Positions 61,342 to 64,000 of a stretch of DNA of 64,000 nt are shown piece after piece. The notes under the pieces are model-generated. The model was not told the DNA's origin. It saw only the letters and a list, made by a program, of their open reading frames with translations, and made no database searches. This DNA comes from Sphyrna mokarran (taxonomy: Eukaryota), in assembly GCA_024679065.1 (NCBI GenBank), contig JAGIQG010000004.1, positions 54,932,001 to 54,996,000 of the forward strand, read 5' to 3'. Each line of letters starts with the position of its first letter. Within the stretch, counting starts at the first letter, position 1. The translations under genes and the position numbers were made by a program.

Positions 61342-62455
61342 AATGGACGAAGGTAGAGCAGTTGGTGTCATATACATGGATTTTAGTAAGGCGTTTGATA
61401 AGGTTCCCCATGGTAGGCTCATGAAGAAGATAAGGATGTGTGGGATAGAAGGAAATTTGGCCGGCTGGAAAAGTAACTGGCTGTATCATAGAAGACAAAG
61501 GGTGGTGGAAGGAAAATTTTCAAAGTGGAGGCCAGTTACCAGCGGTGTAACACTGGAGTCAGTGTTGGGTCCTCTGCTTTTGTGACTTGGAAAGAGGGGG
61601 CTGAAGTGTGGATTAATAAACTTGCTGACGACACCAAGATTAGTGGAGTAGTGGATGAGATGGAGGGCTCTTGCAGGCTACAAAGCGACATTGATAGGAT
61701 GCAGAGCTAGGCTGAAAAGTGGCACATGGAGTTTAACTCTGATAAATGTGAGGTGATTAATTTTGGTAGGACAAACTTGAATGCACATTACAAGGTCGAC
61801 GGCAGAATTCTAAGGAATGTGAAGGAACAGAGAGATCTTGGGGTTCATATCCACAGACCATTGACAGTTGCCACTCAAATGGATAGAGCCGTGAAGAAGG
61901 TTTATACTATGTTAGCATTTATTAACAGGGGCTTTGAGTTTAAGAGCTATGGGATTATGCTGCAACTATATTGGATGTTGGTAGGACCACATTTGGAATA
62001 TTATGTTCAGATCTCGTCACCTCATAAAAGAAGGACGTGGAAGCATTGGAAAGAGTGCAGAGGAGATTTACCAGAATACTGACTGGTTTGGAGTTTAGGT
62101 CTTGTGAGGAAAGGCTGAGGGAGCTAGGGCTTTTCTTTTTGAAACGGAGGAGAATGAGAAGCGACTTAATAGAGGTTGATAAGACGATGAGAGGGATTGA
62201 TAGAGTGGATGTGCAGAGACGATTTGCTGGGTGGGTGTAACTATTACCAGGAGGCATAACTATGAGGTTCATGATGGGAGGTTTTGGAAGGATATCCAAG
62301 GTAGATTCTTTGCTCAGATAGTGGTTGGGTGTGGAATAGACTTCCTGCTGTGATAGTGGAGTCAGACACTTTAGGAACTTTCAAGCAATTATTGGATAGG
62401 CACACAGAGCACACCACAATGATAGGGAGGGGATATCTTGATCTTGGGATTGGAC
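61342..62455 (+). mobile_element. CR1 LINE RT fragment (copy B)
   Basis: ORFs 61343..61585, 61726..62082 and 62037..62240, paralog of 19189-20300. Confidence 0.92.
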
Positions 62456-62459
62456 ATAG

Positions 62460-64000
62460 CTCCCCCATGAAGTCATCTATGCCATTTCCATAAACGACAG
62501 ATAATAGAGGACCCAACACGGATCCCTGTGGTATGCAAATCGACTATGGCTTCCAATCACTAAAGCAGCCTTCTGTCATCTCTCTCATACAATATACTCA
62601 ATTCTGAATCCACTTTACCAAATTGTCCGGTATCTCATGCACATTTACCTTCTTTAAGAGTCTCTTACGTGGAACATTGTCAAAGGCTTTGCTTCATCCT
62701 TTTTAACTACGTCAACAGCACTGGTATAAACACCTGGTAACCACCTCAAAACATTTCTTCACATTTGTTAAGCATGAACCCCCTGACGAAGCAACAAAGA
62801 TTATTCAAACAGACATAGATACTCGCTTTCAGAATTTTCTCCAAATGTTTCCCCTGCTAATGGCGTAAAACTCACTGACAGATAGTTATTTGCATTATTT
62901 TAAGAACCCTTCTTAAATATTGGAACCACATTTGCTGTTCTCCAGTCATCTGACAACTCCCCCGTGGCTAGAAAGGAATTGAAAATTTGGGTCAGAACTC
63001 CTGCAATCTCCTTCCTTGTCTCCCAAAGCAGTCTAGGGCTCAATCCATCCGGGCCTGGAGATTTATTCTCTTTTAAGACTGCCAACACTTCCAATACCTT
63101 GTCCTTCCCTATGTCAATTTGCTCAAGAACCTCACAGCCTCTTTCCCTGAATCCTACACTATTGTCCTCATTGTCTTGGGTGATGACGAATTCATTCAAC
63201 CTCTACAAATGTCCTCTGGTATCACTTATGATTGCCCTCTTGGGCCCCACTCTTTCCCTGGTTGACATCTTCCCATTGATATTGTTGTGAATATCTTGAG
63301 ATTTTCTTTTCTTTTACCAGACTGAAATTTCCCATACCTCCTCGGTTCTTTGCTAATTGCTTCTATAAACTCTAACCTGCACTTCCTGAGCCTTACTAAT
63401 GTCTCCATTGATTTGCTCCCGTTCTACTTTTTAAAAAGGCTTTCCTTTCCTTCTCATTTTTTTTGTGAATATCTCTGGTCATCCATGGTTCTGTTGGCTT
63501 TTTATGCCTTCCTATCTCCCTACGGAGAACATGCAGGCACTGCACCCTCTCCATTTCATTTTTGAATGTTTCCACCCCGCCCCACTGCTTTTTGGAAGAT
63601 TTTGTCATTAGTTGTCTACCTTTCCCAGTTCACCTTGGCTAGGTCTTGAACTATTTTACTAAAATCCGCTCATCCCAATCTAAAGCCTTTTTTGCAGCCT
63701 GTTTATTTCCTTCTACATGACAAGTTTGAATTGTACTATGTTGTGATCTCTATCACGAAAGTGCCCCCTTACCAGTTCCTCAACGTCTTGTTTGGCTTAA
63801 TTCCACATAATTGGCTCTAGCATAGATCCTTCCCTTGTTGGACCCTCTACATATTGAAGTGCAAAGTTCTCCTGCACATATTTCAAGTATTCTATTCTAT
63901 CCAAGGCCTTAACTCTATGTATATTCCATTTAATGTTGGAAAAGTTAAAATCTTCTAATATAATAATCATATTGATATTGTTTTTCACATATCCGCAACT
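62460..64000 (-). mobile_element. Decayed long CR1 LINE (copy B, runs off the window)
   Basis: KSPGPDGLSPRLLWE and DFNFSNIKW, paralog of 20450-21985. Confidence 0.85.

Larger units (their letters stand above)
43236..64000 (+). repeat. Segmental duplication, copy B (continues past the window end)
   Basis: agtactgttt(6) matches agtgctgttt(43241), and cacatatccgcagct(21985) matches cacatatccgcaact(64000). Confidence 0.97.

Noticed and set aside
1-64000. The duplication as an uncollapsed-haplotype assembly artefact
   Set aside because: Non-coding divergence of roughly 7-16% with many copy-specific indels and insertions is far above expected allelic divergence

Overview
Eukaryotic, AT-rich and repeat-dense DNA whose repeat content (CR1/HER1-type LINEs, Deu-type and V-type SINEs, Penelope remnants) points to a cartilaginous fish, most likely a shark (inference). 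Positions 1-~21985 are repeated in direct orientation at ~43236-64000, a duplication with an offset of ~42-43.6 kb. Each copy carries one minus-strand, multi-exon Ig-superfamily receptor gene that I assembled by hand from splice sites: leader / germline-joined VJ-type V domain / C1 domain / transmembrane / cytoplasmic exons, i.e. SIRP- or NITR-like. Copy A (6875->1422, 7 exons, 357 aa) looks inhibitory: uncharged TM and a tail with ITIM (VHYAAL), ITIM (LIYSRV) and an ITSM-like motif (TEYAQL). Copy B (50462->45303, 6 coding exons, 298 aa) has an almost identical ectodomain (V exon 3/321 nt differences, C1 exon 7/312). It differs in having an arginine in the N-terminal TM (SIRVCALV) and an 8-nt frameshift that removes every tail tyrosine, so it looks activating. 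Together they form a candidate paired inhibitory/activating immune receptor system with ectodomains apparently homogenised by gene conversion. The rest is LINE/SINE debris, including one young TSD-flanked CR1 with a decayed V-SINE in its 3' UTR, plus local tandem, inverted and templated duplications.
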